Below are positions 50,873 to 63,138 of a DNA stretch of 64,000 nt, one piece after another. A program made the translations under genes and the position numbers. Position 1 is the stretch's first letter; each line of letters opens with the position of its first letter. Under the pieces are notes generated by a model that searched no databases, had not been told where the DNA came from, and was given only the letters and a program-made list of their open reading frames with translations. This DNA comes from Nemertoderma westbladi (Eukaryota > Animalia > Xenacoelomorpha), in the NCBI GenBank assembly GCA_032718475.1, contig JAUCBJ010008602.1:1-64000 (forward strand). The letters run 5' to 3'.

Positions 50873-52781
50873 CTGAATTTGCAACTGAGTTTGCATAGGG
50901 TACAGTTCCTCTTGTATTGTATTTAATTGTAATTATAACAAAGTTTTAAGAACTTGGACACTACAGTATTATTGAAACACCATGTGTATTATGCTCTGTA
51001 TAATTATTATTTGCGGATCTTTGTAATATATTTATCTTATTACATGTCAGACAATGTCAGTTTATTTGAGTCGGTTTTCCTATTGGTACATTACTGAATG
51101 CTCTCCAATGCTCTCCAGTTATGCGTAAAAGTAAGAAAAATGCCACACCTAAACTAATACAATGGCATCACTTATTATTTAGTCAGTATTCACCGCACAA
51201 AGAGGTTTCTTTGTCGAATATAAGTGTAATGTAGCATGCAGGTAATGCCTTGGGTGTGTTTTTCAACTCATTTCTTGTAGGCCTATGTTCTCTATGTGAG
51301 GAAAGTCACTTTGAGATCCTCTACTGTACGGTAGGGGCTATCCTACGGCCTACAAATCTACTAATATGAAGCTATAGAATATCTCTAACCGTAAAGTCCA
51401 GTAGTATACCGCTTACCAGATCCTAGTAACGATATATCTTACCGTAAGATCTAGTAATGAAACGGGCTCGTACAGTATCTGACAACAAATCCCAGTCCAG
51501 GGTATCTAAACAAACAGATACAATACACAAACGACTACTGGCGAGGAGCAGAGCCTGGTGTCTATTCTATGTAGGTGAGCGGGTCTAATGCCTACGAACT
51601 AGACAAAAGGAAACCTGTCCTCTAACCGGTATGGCAGATGTACAGTTACAGTAACAGACCAAACTCACGGGAAAACAATCCCCGCGCAGCGAATCCTAAC
51701 TAGCGCTGACAGTCCTAAATACCGTAACTTGCCGCGGTGTGATTTATATGGTTTATATACGAGCTAGTGGGTTAACAGACCTAGCGTAACAATACTGATC
51801 CCCGTGCTAAATCAGTCTAAAAAGGGTCGTGCCTAATGTAACTATACCGCTGCTCTGACAAACAACAGTTTAATAACGAAATAAATACTCCTTCTTGCCG
51901 TAACTAAATATCAGATCCTAAATTTACAAATACCAAAAGTAAGATATATATATATTGCCTAAAGTAATCTAAAGTGCGCTATCTAGTAGAACTCTAAGGG
52001 TAAATATGTTTTAGGGCGTGTGTGTGTGGGTGTGTTACAATAAAACAATTTTGGCGTATATCATTTTACTAGGTTTTAGTGATTTTCTGACCAAAACAAT
52101 ACCGTGCGCTAGCTACGAAAATAAGCTAGTCGCGTTTTGTAGAACTTTATACTTACAAATGACGTCAAAGCTCTCTCCTTCCTATCCACAACTCAACCGG
52201 GCAACCACGGTGTTAGTAACTACACCCGTGATCGGCACAAATACCAGATTCTGGTTGTAAGATAAGAAATAGGGGTTAATTGCTACCGTACGTTAGCTGA
52301 TCTGGTATACAAATTTGATTCTAGAACTTTGTTGCCGCGGTAGTTAGCAGCAATACTTATCAGTACGTGGCAAGGCGCGGTAGGATATTAGTAAAACCTC
52401 CCTAGGCCAAGCGGTGTGCCGGTAGCAGAAATACTCCTTGCCTGATCAAATAACTAAGTTCAAACAAAGGGGGGGGGGGGGGGGGTACTAATGTATAGTC
52501 TACAAAGCGAACCGGTACCAAACGTTCAGTGGTGCGAATCGGACCTTAAGTTTCCGATTAATTCTCGGTGATTTCCAAATCCTGGAAAGCCTATTCAAGG
52601 CTGCCCATGCCTATCCTATCCAACCATATCCACAAAAACAATCAAACAATAAAACAATACGAAGTGAAGGTGTAAATATGAAATAAATCAATCAAGTAAT
52701 ATGAAGGTGTAATTATGAAGTAGAATCAAATAAAGTATGTATGAAGTATGAAGGTGTAGTACTTCGATGCAAAAATAAGTG

Positions 52782-53040
52782 ATAGTGGGTATATCACATA
52801 CCAAACTGAAGGGTACATTACATACCAAACTGATGGTGGGTACATCACGTACCAAACCGATGGTAGGTATATCACATACCAAATAGAAGGGTTCATCACG
52901 TACCAAAAAACCGATGATGAGTACATCAGTACCAAACTGATGGGTACATCATGTACCAAAACTGATGGTGGGTACACAATGTACCAAACTCGAAGGATAT
53001 ACTATGTATCAGCTACACGAAGGGTACATTACGTACCAGA
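52782..53040. repeat. Degenerate ~25-28-bp tandem repeat (GTACCAAACTGATGGTGGGTACATCAC)
   Basis: About 9-10 diverged units upstream of the exonuclease ORF. Confidence 0.8.
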
Positions 53041-53466
53041 CAATGAGATTAGGAAGGCGTTTAGGTCTGTACTATTGCAGACCTGAAATCAATAGCAGAT
53101 AGTCTGAGGGAAAGCCAGTAAGACATAAGCCATACACTACCTGTAATTAAATAATACAAGTAGGGCTGAATTATAACAGAAGTTGAAGTAGAAAGGGGTA
53201 TTAATACGATGGTGACGCAGGATAATTAATAATAATTAATTCATGACTAACAAATGGCAACTACAAAATAAAATTCTAGAACCATAATAAAAGTAATGGA
53301 CAAAATTCAGAATTTACACAAAATTGCAATGTAGCGCAAATAATTCACTTAAAATTAATTAAAGGTAGGCTAAATACCAATTAATTAAAGTAATTAAACC
53401 ACAGTGAAGGTGAACTGGCTATTCTGAAAATCTGATTGAAGTGAAATTAGTTGTCTCCTCATCTAA

Positions 53467-55560
53467 TTGAGCCTTAGTAATGCAGAGGCGGGACCGCTAA
53501 TCGATTGGATTGCTAGGAAACCGGAGGAAGTTACGAGGAATATTTTTGAGCGACTACCTAAGATGGTTGAGGCGTGTGTGCTTCAGGACCATTATCGGGA
53601 CATGCATGAACAGTGGATGGTGGGCACGTATGCGACTCCATCATTGGACAAGGCCATCAAAGTGCACTTCCATTATGTCGTGAAAGGGAAGGAGAATGTC
53701 TTTGGGATTCTGTCTCAAGGAAAGGACCACCAGAAGAAGGAAAGGAAGAGGTTTGTGGACTCCATTGAAAGGGAGGGATACATGGTCCTGGATGACGATG
53801 GCACCAGTGAGGACAGGGAGGACTGGAAGAAGGGGCTACAAGGACACAGAAAGACCATTCTACTGTACATGGTGGCGCCGAATGGGGATATCTTCCTGTT
53901 CTATCTTGGCATGTACGAGAGGCTCGAGGGACCTAAACTAAAGCATTTGCTGAACTCCATGCAGTGACTAGTGAAGGATAAATCGACGATAAAGGTAGGA
54001 TCAGCAATCCACAAGGATTATAGGAGAGGGGGCATCAAATCTCCTGGAAATGCAAATACTCTTTTAGGCTATGATGAAACCTCAGGGATTGGGGTTGATA
54101 GATGCGTCTGGGTGGTGTGGTGCGGTGGTGCAGTAGCCATGGGGTAGATGTTGGGTCTAACACAAACCCATGGAATGGAAGAAGTTTTGGGAGGAGTATG
54201 GAAGGGAGTTGCAGGAGACCTTGAAATGGAAGCAAGGCCAAGTTTCGAGGAGTTATACGATTTCCAAATGGCGAGCCTGAAGTTGTTCCAGAGGAGATAC
54301 ATTCTCTAGGACTGGATAATGATTGGGTTGCTCAACCTATTCATGACTGTAGTGATTGGAAGACAACCGAAGGCATTCTTACTGAAGGGAACGGCGTTGA
54401 ACCATAGGAGAGCCCTTAAGACCGTGGTGGAGGGTCTAGTAGACCACCAAGGGAGGAAGGGCAAGTTGGTGTTTTACAACATCCGTCATCTTGTGAATCG
54501 AAGTATAGATACCCCGAAACAGAGATGGGTGAAAGAAGGGGCGCAGCGCCAGGAGGAGCTTGAGGAGGAAGGAGCAGTCAGGAGAGGGGACTGGAGAGGG
54601 GACTGGATGGCTAGGATGAACTCGGGAGACAATGGGTGGGGTGAGGACTATTAATTTAGTGAACATGATTAGGATGAGCTCCAGTTGAACACAGACACCC
54701 CATGAGCTGGGTAGCTGGAGGCCGATGGAAGAGGTACCGAGACAGACGACGTCAGGAGGCTGGACTGGCATGCCAATACTGGGGGGGGACGAGGGGGAGT
54801 ATGGAGGAAAGTTCAGGAAGGTGGCAGCTGATGGGGGGGGGGGGGGGGTTCCAGGGACGAGTACGATGGTGTCGGAGGTGGAACCAACCTCGGAGGAGAG
54901 TATGGAAGTCAAGCAGCCAGAAGCTGTCCCACCGATGGAGAGAATAGGACGGGCGGACACAGACTGGAGGGGTGGAAGGGCTGTGGCAGCCCAAGGATTC
55001 CGGGAGGGGCCAAGCCGTCGAGTCTGGATGCAGGAGGTCGAGCCGGAGTACGACTTCTCGGCGAGCGCTCTCACACAGGGGAAAGAGACGGGAACGACAC
55101 TGCGGGTGATATCCAGAGAAGCAATCCTGCAACTATCCTCCAAACTCGACCTGGGACGAGACAAAATGGTAGAGATGTTCACCTACCATTAGTTGCACGG
55201 CCGAAGCAACGACCTGCTGGACCATTTCGGCAGACAAACTAAGATTGATGGTTGCGATTATTGTGAGCAGCACACCCACCAGTGAAAGATGTGCCTGTAC
55301 AAGTTTATGGTGGAGATCAAGTGCACCTATTGCGGTGATGACAACCAATTGCACCATAAATGTGTCAAGGGCACTACGAGTCCCGATGCGACAGGATGGA
55401 AGACCAAGAGAAGTTGCTGTGTTTCGAAAACACGGCAAACGGAGGGGCGATGACGTCCATGACGGTGAAAGCCCAAGAATTCAGGTGGGGCTTTTTTAAC
55501 CTCAACATGGAGGTCCATCAAGAGATTAAGGAGGAGGAGCAGGCCATAAGGAGTTTGCTC
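53467..55560 (+). pseudogene. Decayed ~700-codon ORF: DEDDy (WRN/EXD-like) 3'-5' exonuclease plus zinc knuckles (copy 2)
   Basis: Reading through in-frame stops gives YMVLDDDG (ExoI-like), ILLYMVAPNGDIFLF, LVKDKSTIKVGSAIHKD (ExoII) and LYDF..LKLFQRRYIL*D (ExoIII YxxxD). These are followed by a region homologous to 18012-19555 with CDYCEQHTHQ*KMC, CTYC and CQGHYESRC. Confidence 0.7.
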
Positions 55561-55569
55561 CAGGAACAA

Positions 55570-55900
55570 TGTATTTGTGTCGGGTTACAAGTGCGCACTG
55601 CGCAGATACAATACAGAGATAATACAGGATCTATCTCAGTAAGCAACTGATGCACCTTATTCATTGGAACCTTAATTCCTCTAGATTTCAAGATACTGTA
55701 AACTAGTTTACAACCAGCATGGCAGAATTGACGGTGTATATCTTGTATAATTGTTTTCAACTCTGAGTCTGTAATATCGGAATTTTCAGTATACACTTGT
55801 ATTTGAAATTACGTTACTCTTCTAGTTAGAGTGGATCTCCTAATACCCAAAATATCAGAAATAGCAACCCAAGAAAATCAATCCCATTTCACGTAGATTT
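55570..55900 (-). mobile_element. Fragment of an IS3EU-type (HTH + integrase-core) transposase, N-terminal part
   Basis: FSWVAISDILGIRRSTLTRR ... SDITDSELKTIIQDI..AGCKLVYSILKSRGIKV...LTEIDP pattern; decayed. Confidence 0.6.
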
Positions 55901-57216
55901 TCCAATATTTCTTTGTGTATAATGTGATTTGGCCGGCCAACAGTTTCAACTCCGTTATTACAGTAGTAGATACCAGTCCATTATGTGTATGCGTAAACCT
56001 TCGCGATATTTTGTGTTATATAACCTTTTTTAAAAAGTAATAAAATCGATAACTAACAAGTATTGTTTATAACGTTCTAGAACAAAATATATTTGTTCTA
56101 GAGAAAAAAAATTATTTTTAAATAAAATAGCTATCCATAGTAATATGTTCTAGAATATTCTCAAAAGGATAACAAAACCTATACAAAAACAATTAATTTT
56201 TGTTATGTTCTGTAACTGAATGTATTAGTTCTAGAACAAAATGTATTTGTAAAAATAATAAGCAGTAGTAAGGAAAGTTTGAAAAGTAGATAATTATATT
56301 ATATTTATATTTAACGTCAAGCTACTAATACAGTAGTAAATAGGTTTTTATTTACTTGTTGTACATATCTACCGGTACGGTTTTTTACTATTAGTACAGT
56401 CAGTACTAAAACTTATCAGTACTACTTTACTATCTTTTACTTTACTATCTTTACTAACTTTACTATCAGTACTAAAAAAACTTAATTTAGTAATTATTTT
56501 ATTATGAATTTAATTATTCATTAATGTATTATTACAATTTAATCCATTAAATGGTAGCTAAACATTTTTAAAAAGTAAGAACATCTATAATTAAATACCT
56601 ATTTCTTTTACAAAAAAGAAAGTACTATTTTTTTGTAAAAGAAAGACGTATATACGTAATTGTCAATTTTTCGCTCGAATATACCCCAAATTAGGGAGAA
56701 ATAGATTCCCTTTTTTTCCCTAGGGAAAAAAAGAAATCAATTGGAATGCATTGATTTTACTTTTTTTCCCGGCGAAAAAGTGAAATAAAATATTTTTGGC
56801 GGAATTTTTTAAATTTTATTACGTGTGGTGAAAGAGCATCGACGTAGAAAAGGTTCGCACGTAATTTGAGTAAAATCCATTGAAACACTAAAAAGTTATT
56901 GCAACTTTAGTGCCTGCGTACACCAAAACGGAACTCAATATCCAATATTGGTTTATGTAGTTTAAGCTGCTCTCTATAGTAGATACTTAATAAATATTCG
57001 AGAACACAGAAATTATTTTAACATCGAGAGTTTAAATAACTTAATTAAAATAAAATAATATGAATCGCAGTAACTATGGAAGCAATATAGTAAAATACTA
57101 CAGTTAAATTTATTTTATAACACAACTGTACTGTAATAAAACATATCGATATACTTCGCTATGTTTTTTTAGAGAATTTAGCAACAAAAAAGTACCAATT
57201 TAAGAAAAAAATCACG

Positions 57217-57350
57217 TATTACATGGGGAAAAAAACGTAGAACATTTTTTTCCAATATTCTCTCGACCCTTTATTAACCTAGCTGTCGCTCGGTAACTAA
57301 AATGCCTCGAGAATAATGAAGAAAAAGTTCTACTTTTTTCCCATGTATTA
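57217..57350. mobile_element. Short palindromic MITE-like element
   Basis: TACATGGGGAAAAAAACGTAGAAC...TTCTCTCG is inverted against CGAGAA...GTTCTACTTTTTTTCCCATGTA. Confidence 0.55.
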
Positions 57351-60300
57351 AATAATTATTCTTACTTTTTAAAAATGATCCAGAACATTCGCGAAGATCG
57401 CAACATTTACGAAGCTCCACCCTATACTATTGGTAAACACAAAATTTCGCGAAAATCGCAACGTTTGTGAAGCTCCACTTATAGTTTTGGTAAACAGAAA
57501 ATTTAACTTCACAAACATCGCGATCTTCGCGAAATACGTTTACGAATACTATAGGTGGACAATCTTAGAAAAGTTCACGACGTTTGCGAAATTTCGCGAT
57601 CTTCGCCGAAGAAATGTTAAAAATCGTTTCCCTAATGCAGATTTCGTTATAGAATCACTTAATTTTAACTTCTGTCTCATAAATGAGCCTCGTGCTGCGC
57701 GAAGGCCCGACAAACGTGTACAGTCGTTTATAGTAATATATAATTTATCACATGCTGTTGAGCAGATCAGTTGATGAGCGCCCGATAACAAATCTGAGGA
57801 TGGAGGACCTGCTTGTAAATTTGAGTTCCCAGTTAAGAATCTGAGCATCCGGTTACGAAATCAAGTTCATTGACAGTTGGAAGTTTGACAGTTTGAATGT
57901 CTCCATCTTGCTAAAATTTGTTCTATTCATAGCTATTATTAGTTGAATGTGGGGCGAGACACGTATGGCGAGCCATCAGCGAACTGATATAATTATACTA
58001 TGGCCGTTTTTCAAAAGTCTGTGTGTGTGTGTGTGTGTCAGAAGCCATAAATGTCGGAAGCCATAATCGAAGTTTATATCTTCAGCTAAATTGTATGGTT
58101 GAGTCATTTTGAACGGTCTCTCCATGGAAATTAATTGTTTAGCACCATACGATTAAAGTTATTTTGCACAGAAATTAGATATCTGGAATCCATGTACCCC
58201 ATTCCATTATAGTTTTTTATTTTTTCAAGTGATTTGCGTTAATAAATGTATTTTTAATTGATTTAAACATAATTAACATTGTAAATTCATACGCTGATTC
58301 CATTCTCCCCCATAGAGCCTAAGGTATGGCAAGGGCAGCTGTGCCCAATAATATTTCTTGAAGTTTTACATTAGTAACATTGCAAGCTAAAGTCTTTGAC
58401 CGAGAGAAACCCACCCCAATATTAGATTATTACAACAACATATCCATTGAGTAAGAAAGTGGAGGAGAGCCAGAGCCCGTCTCTTAATTTTTTACTTTAT
58501 ATTACGCGATCAATTTTCACTCATCTCGTCATGAACCCAACATGTATGTAACCTTTTGTTAAATTTGGTGGCTATGCGTGTTGTTTGGGCGGGGTGTGGT
58601 AGGCCTACACTTTTCACACTTAAATATTTTGGTTGTGAAATGTTACAGGGCACAGCGATCAGAGATATTTCATTATATTTTATTATGAGAGGAAGAAGAA
58701 CATACAACGTTATTTACTATGTAACAAAATAATTGTTTTCGGGTTTAACTTGGAAGCCTCCCCAATATATTTGATATACAATTATATTTAAAATTATTTC
58801 CATGGTCATGGTCATTCACCCGTTTGGAGTTTGGATTCACTGCATAAATGCAGTTCACCAAACTTCCCCCGAATGCACACTGTAACTTCCCCCTTCCCCC
58901 AAATATCCACTGTTGAATTAATTTGAAGCGATATAATAAGTACAAAATTGTGCGAGTTTTTAATTGTGTGGTCCAATTGTTATTTGATTTCTATTTATTA
59001 TTTAAAGTGCATTTAATATCACACTGGTTTTTAGAATATTATACTATACAACCTTATGTTTTATTTATTAACCCAATCGAAGCCTCATAAGGGCCGCTTA
59101 TTTGTACGCATATCCCCTAATGCGCTCAGTATGGTCCAAACAATATATTGATATGAAAATAAAGTATCTGCAAAGAAAAGAACCCAATACTATATAATTT
59201 GACCTTATTAAAAAATTTGCACTTTTGCACACTTATTTGTACAAGTGCACTTTATCAGATCGTAAGGGTGGTTCTTATTTAACAAACTTATGTTTATCCT
59301 CTACCGATCTACGATGGTGTATGATTAAGTGTCAGTCGCTAAAAGTGTCAAAAATCCAATTTAATAAATCTCGACATTTGCGATTTCGGACCATATTCAA
59401 GGACATTTTAAGTCACTTTATAGACATAAAAGGTTAAACAAATGTTACGATTATAGTTAGAAATCACTCCAAACTACATTTTAATCCAAACAATTACATT
59501 CTACGATGAATAGAACTGGAAATAATAGTGTTTGAAATATATAAAAAATGCGCACTTTTTAAGTGCGCTTTGCACTAAGTGCACAATACCTTCCGAAGGT
59601 AATTAGTGTGTAGGCAGTATATTTGTGTTGTAAAGTGGTTAATAGGCACGTTAGCTCTGGTTGGCTGCGGTAATTAACTTCTAGGTAGGAACACTCCGGG
59701 TACATAACGTAGTACTTATGTTATAGAGCTGTACAGCTAAAGACTATAAGTCGTCAGACGGTGGTATTTTCTTATCTGGACAACGCAATTTATTTACTAC
59801 AGCTTAATTATTTTCAAATACCGTAGTTTCCTGTCCGTTTGTAATAACCAGAAATTCTAACCCCTTGTTAGGCTGGTTTGTAGATTTCCTGTAAAATTAC
59901 CCTAAAATTTGTACGTGTAATTTTTGTGTTTATTTAGAGATTGTAATCTCACCCAGTAATTGTACGTAATTTGTAGCAATAAGTAACTTAGTCAAGTAGA
60001 ATTATTTGTTTTAGTGTCCAACAAGTAGCACTTCACTGAGAGCGTAAAGCTTCTGTGTAGTGACTCCTTACCAGAAATAATAACATTTATTTCACATATT
60101 GTCAAAAAACCCATTATAAGGGTATATATATATTATAAATCAACTCAAACCGATTTATAAAATAGTAGGCCTGTTATCCATCAATTAAGTCTTAATATCA
60201 TTTGGACTACTGCTTAATATCTGTAATAAAGTAAAGAAAAGTAACCCTAAAATTCAGAAATTCAGTTATTATAAAATAATTGACATACCGGTATTTACGA

Positions 60301-60539
60301 TAGGCTTATTATATTTATTTCTATAAATTTAGGCTGAAATTATATACCGGTATTCTGTAATTAATTCTAGTCTGTAATAATTCTTATATATACTATAAGT
60401 GTATACTGGTATTCTAACATATTATATATATCACGTTACATTGAGTAACAGTTAATTACTAGGCTTTCAGTGGATACTGAATTACTAGACTTGCTTTAAC
60501 TGTCGTTATAGTAGTAGGCATTCAACTGTACAATCAAAC

Positions 60540-61190
60540 ATGTCTGACACAAAACGGGCACTGTCAGATAGTCTTTTGGAAGGTGTTAGAATGAGTCTTA
60601 GACTTGGACAGTGTCTTGAAAGGATCTGTGACCAAGATCAAAGTATAGAACATCCCAGACCAAAGTCCAAGTCCCCTCCTACTGTAAGAAAGGTCATCCC
60701 TTCAGTAGTAGTGTCAGACCCTAGGCTAGTTAAGGCTAGACAATTAAAGAAACGGCAAACAGAAGACCGAAGGTCAGCGGCCGCGGCAGAATCTGAAAGG
60801 AAAGCGGCAGAGGCTGAAAGAATAGCAGCAGCTGCAGCGGCAGAAGCAGAAAGAAAAGCGGCAGCGGCAACGGCAACGGCAGCGGCAGAGGCAGAAGCAG
60901 AAAGAAAGGTGGCAGCAGCAGAACGGAGGGCATCTGAAGAGACAGTCCAACTAGAGCTGGAAAACCTTCAGGCGAAACAAGAATATTTGAAGAAACAAAG
61001 GACAGCTATGGTTACAGCTCAGATACAATTACTGAGTCGATATACTCCCAGAAGACAGGGATTTGCCTCCTCCGATGAAGGTGATATAAGAGATCCCGAA
61101 GGTAGAGGTAATAAATCTCGTCCAAGCGGACGTAGACGGACGTTCAAGCGGACGTTACCTCCTGCGTTGAGAGGGCAACTGGCTAGTTAG
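60540..61190 (+). CDS. Ala/Glu/Arg-rich coiled-coil ORF, probable N-terminal part of BEL/Pao gag
   Basis: ATG-initiated; (AAAEAERK)-type repeats; overlaps the open gag frame at 61171-61190 (+1 shift). Confidence 0.5.
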   Translation: MSDTKRALSDSLLEGVRMSLRLGQCLERICDQDQSIEHPRPKSKSPPTVRKVIPSVVVSDPRLVKARQLKKRQTEDRRSAAAAESERKAAEAERIAAAAAAEAERKAAAATATAAAEAEAERKVAAAERRASEETVQLELENLQAKQEYLKKQRTAMVTAQIQLLSRYTPRRQGFASSDEGDIRDPEGRGNKSRPSGRRRTFKRTLPPALRGQLAS

Positions 61191-63138
61191 TGTAGACTTA
61201 GGTAATCCTGAATCCACAGACCATATTATTGGAGTAGACAGACTCCCTACTATAGTGGATAGTCCTGAAATAATTAGGCCTGTTTTCGAAGTCACCCCCT
61301 CTGTAATAGAGACACCTGTACTTCCAGATCCTAACTCTAAATCCCCTTTGCACAGTACTAAACTAACTATGCCCAGTAAAACAGCCCCTGAGTCAATCCC
61401 CGTCCTGGACGCCGATCGAGACATCAACGATTTATCGCCCGTTGTCCCTCGTCTGCCCGCTACTATGTTGGCGGCTCCCGCTTCGGCGGTAGAGTGGGTG
61501 GATGAGGTACAGCGGGAGATGGGTCTCCTGCTCGGGCAGCTGAGGGATCATTGTAAATGTTCCTCCCAGCAGGTCCGGGAGTTGGAAGGGACTGTTCAGC
61601 AGTTAAAGGGAGCAGTAAGAGAGGGTAGGTTAGCGTTGCAAGAAGTGCAGCAGAGTATCGCGTTAGAACGCGATAAATTAGTAAATATACAATTGGGTGT
61701 ACCACCACCCCCTGTAACAATGTGTCAACCAGTTAGGTCTGAAGTATTTCATGCGCAAGGTGTGGAGCCTACACGCATCTATACTGCTAGTGAAGTAGAA
61801 ACTCCTATAGTGAACCCTATTAAGTGTAATTATAAACCTGTTGATAATGATATTCCATATAGACCTGATCCTAATCCGAGAAATTTATATACCGATAACT
61901 CGATATTAAATAATATGATGGCCCAAGAAAGTTTTACGCGTCAAATGCCTAGAACCGAAGCCCGTCAAGCGGTAAAGGTGGGAGAGATCATCAAGTTCAA
62001 TGGAGATGAGATGAAATGGTTACCTTTTAATGAATATTATAAAGATAACATACAGAACTCTGTACTATCTAACGGAGAGAAACTTAGATTCCTCATCGAG
62101 TGCTTGGAAGGACCTCCCAAGTTAATGGCGTTAAGGTTTATTGGACATCCAGATGGATTAAGACAAGCTTGGGATACACTAAACATCAGGTATGGTAATA
62201 GGACTAACATAGCTAGGTATTTGTATGCGAAATTAATGGCGCCCCGAAAGTTCCTTAGCAGCGGGATTATAGAGTTTTCCGACGAGATTCAGGAGATCTG
62301 TAGACAACTAGATTGGTTAGGTAAGTCTCATGAATACCAGAATTCTATGGTTGTAGGAGCCTTAGCATCAACTTTGCCAAAGGGTGGAGTAGGTACTCGC
62401 TGGGACCAAAGAGTTCTATATTTGATGGACCAACAACATAGAGATCCAACCATGACGGACCTTCTGTCATTCTTAAACAGAGAGGTAAGATTACAACTCC
62501 TAAAACAGTCTCGAGAGAAGACTCCAGAAAATGAGGTAAGTGAAAAACCCGTTTCTAGGAGAAAGTGTTATACAGACGACGGCGAAAGCCATACCTCCCA
62601 CGAGGAGAACAGCGGGAAAGACACCGAAAGATCTTATTATGTCAACAAAACACCAAAGGACGTAAGTAAATTTAAGTCTCGAACCAGTGACAGGAGAGAA
62701 CAGACAACAAAAACTCCTCCCACGTCTCCTAAGAGAATTCATGGAAGAAAGCCCGAGGAAAGAACAAGTGTGCACAACACCACACAGGGTAAAGTAAGTA
62801 ACATCAAGCCCAAATGTGTATTGTGCGACGGGCCACATTGCTTGAGTGGGTGTGATGAATTCCTGAAGAAATCCCTTAAGGATAGACATGATGTCATGTG
62901 GGATAAGCGGTTGTGTCATAATTGTTTCAGACGAGGACACCAACGGCGAACCTGTTACTCCGACGCGAGGTGTGCTAAGTGCGGCGCGAAACATCATATC
63001 TTGCTGCACACCGAATTCGAAAGAAACAGCCCGAGTCAGGTAAGTGAGCCCGAACTACATGTCCAATTCAGTGATGTGAACGACACTGACCAAAGTTCTG
63101 AGATGGAAGGTTTCTACACGGATGAATTCTCCGACTGA
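61171..63138 (+). CDS. BEL/Pao gag (DUF1759-like domain and triple Cys/His knuckle)
   Basis: KFNGDEMKWLPF...LSNGEKLRFLIECLEGPP...AWDTLNIRYG; CVLCDGPHCLSGC, CHNCFRRGHQRRTC, CAKCGAKHHILLH. Confidence 0.92.
   Translation, partial: EGNWLVSVDLGNPESTDHIIGVDRLPTIVDSPEIIRPVFEVTPSVIETPVLPDPNSKSPLHSTKLTMPSKTAPESIPVLDADRDINDLSPVVPRLPATMLAAPASAVEWVDEVQREMGLLLGQLRDHCKCSSQQVRELEGTVQQLKGAVREGRLALQEVQQSIALERDKLVNIQLGVPPPPVTMCQPVRSEVFHAQGVEPTRIYTASEVETPIVNPIKCNYKPVDNDIPYRPDPNPRNLYTDNSILNNMMAQESFTRQMPRTEARQAVKVGEIIKFNGDEMKWLPFNEYYKDNIQNSVLSNGEKLRFLIECLEGPPKLMALRFIGHPDGLRQAWDTLNIRYGNRTNIARYLYAKLMAPRKFLSSGIIEFSDEIQEICRQLDWLGKSHEYQNSMVVGALASTLPKGGVGTRWDQRVLYLMDQQHRDPTMTDLLSFLNREVRLQLLKQSREKTPENEVSEKPVSRRKCYTDDGESHTSHEENSGKDTERSYYVNKTPKDVSKFKSRTSDRREQTTKTPPTSPKRIHGRKPEERTSVHNTTQGKVSNIKPKCVLCDGPHCLSGCDEFLKKSLKDRHDVMWDKRLCHNCFRRGHQRRTCYSDARCAKCGAKHHILLHTEFERNSPSQVSEPELHVQFSDVNDTDQSSEMEGFYTDEFSD

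Noticed and set aside
51325-52500. Possible LTR or internal region belonging to the exonuclease element (TGTACGG start, poly-G at ~52470)
   Set aside because: No second LTR, TSD, clear PBS or similarity to the 16705-17331 LTR; orientation cannot be fixed.
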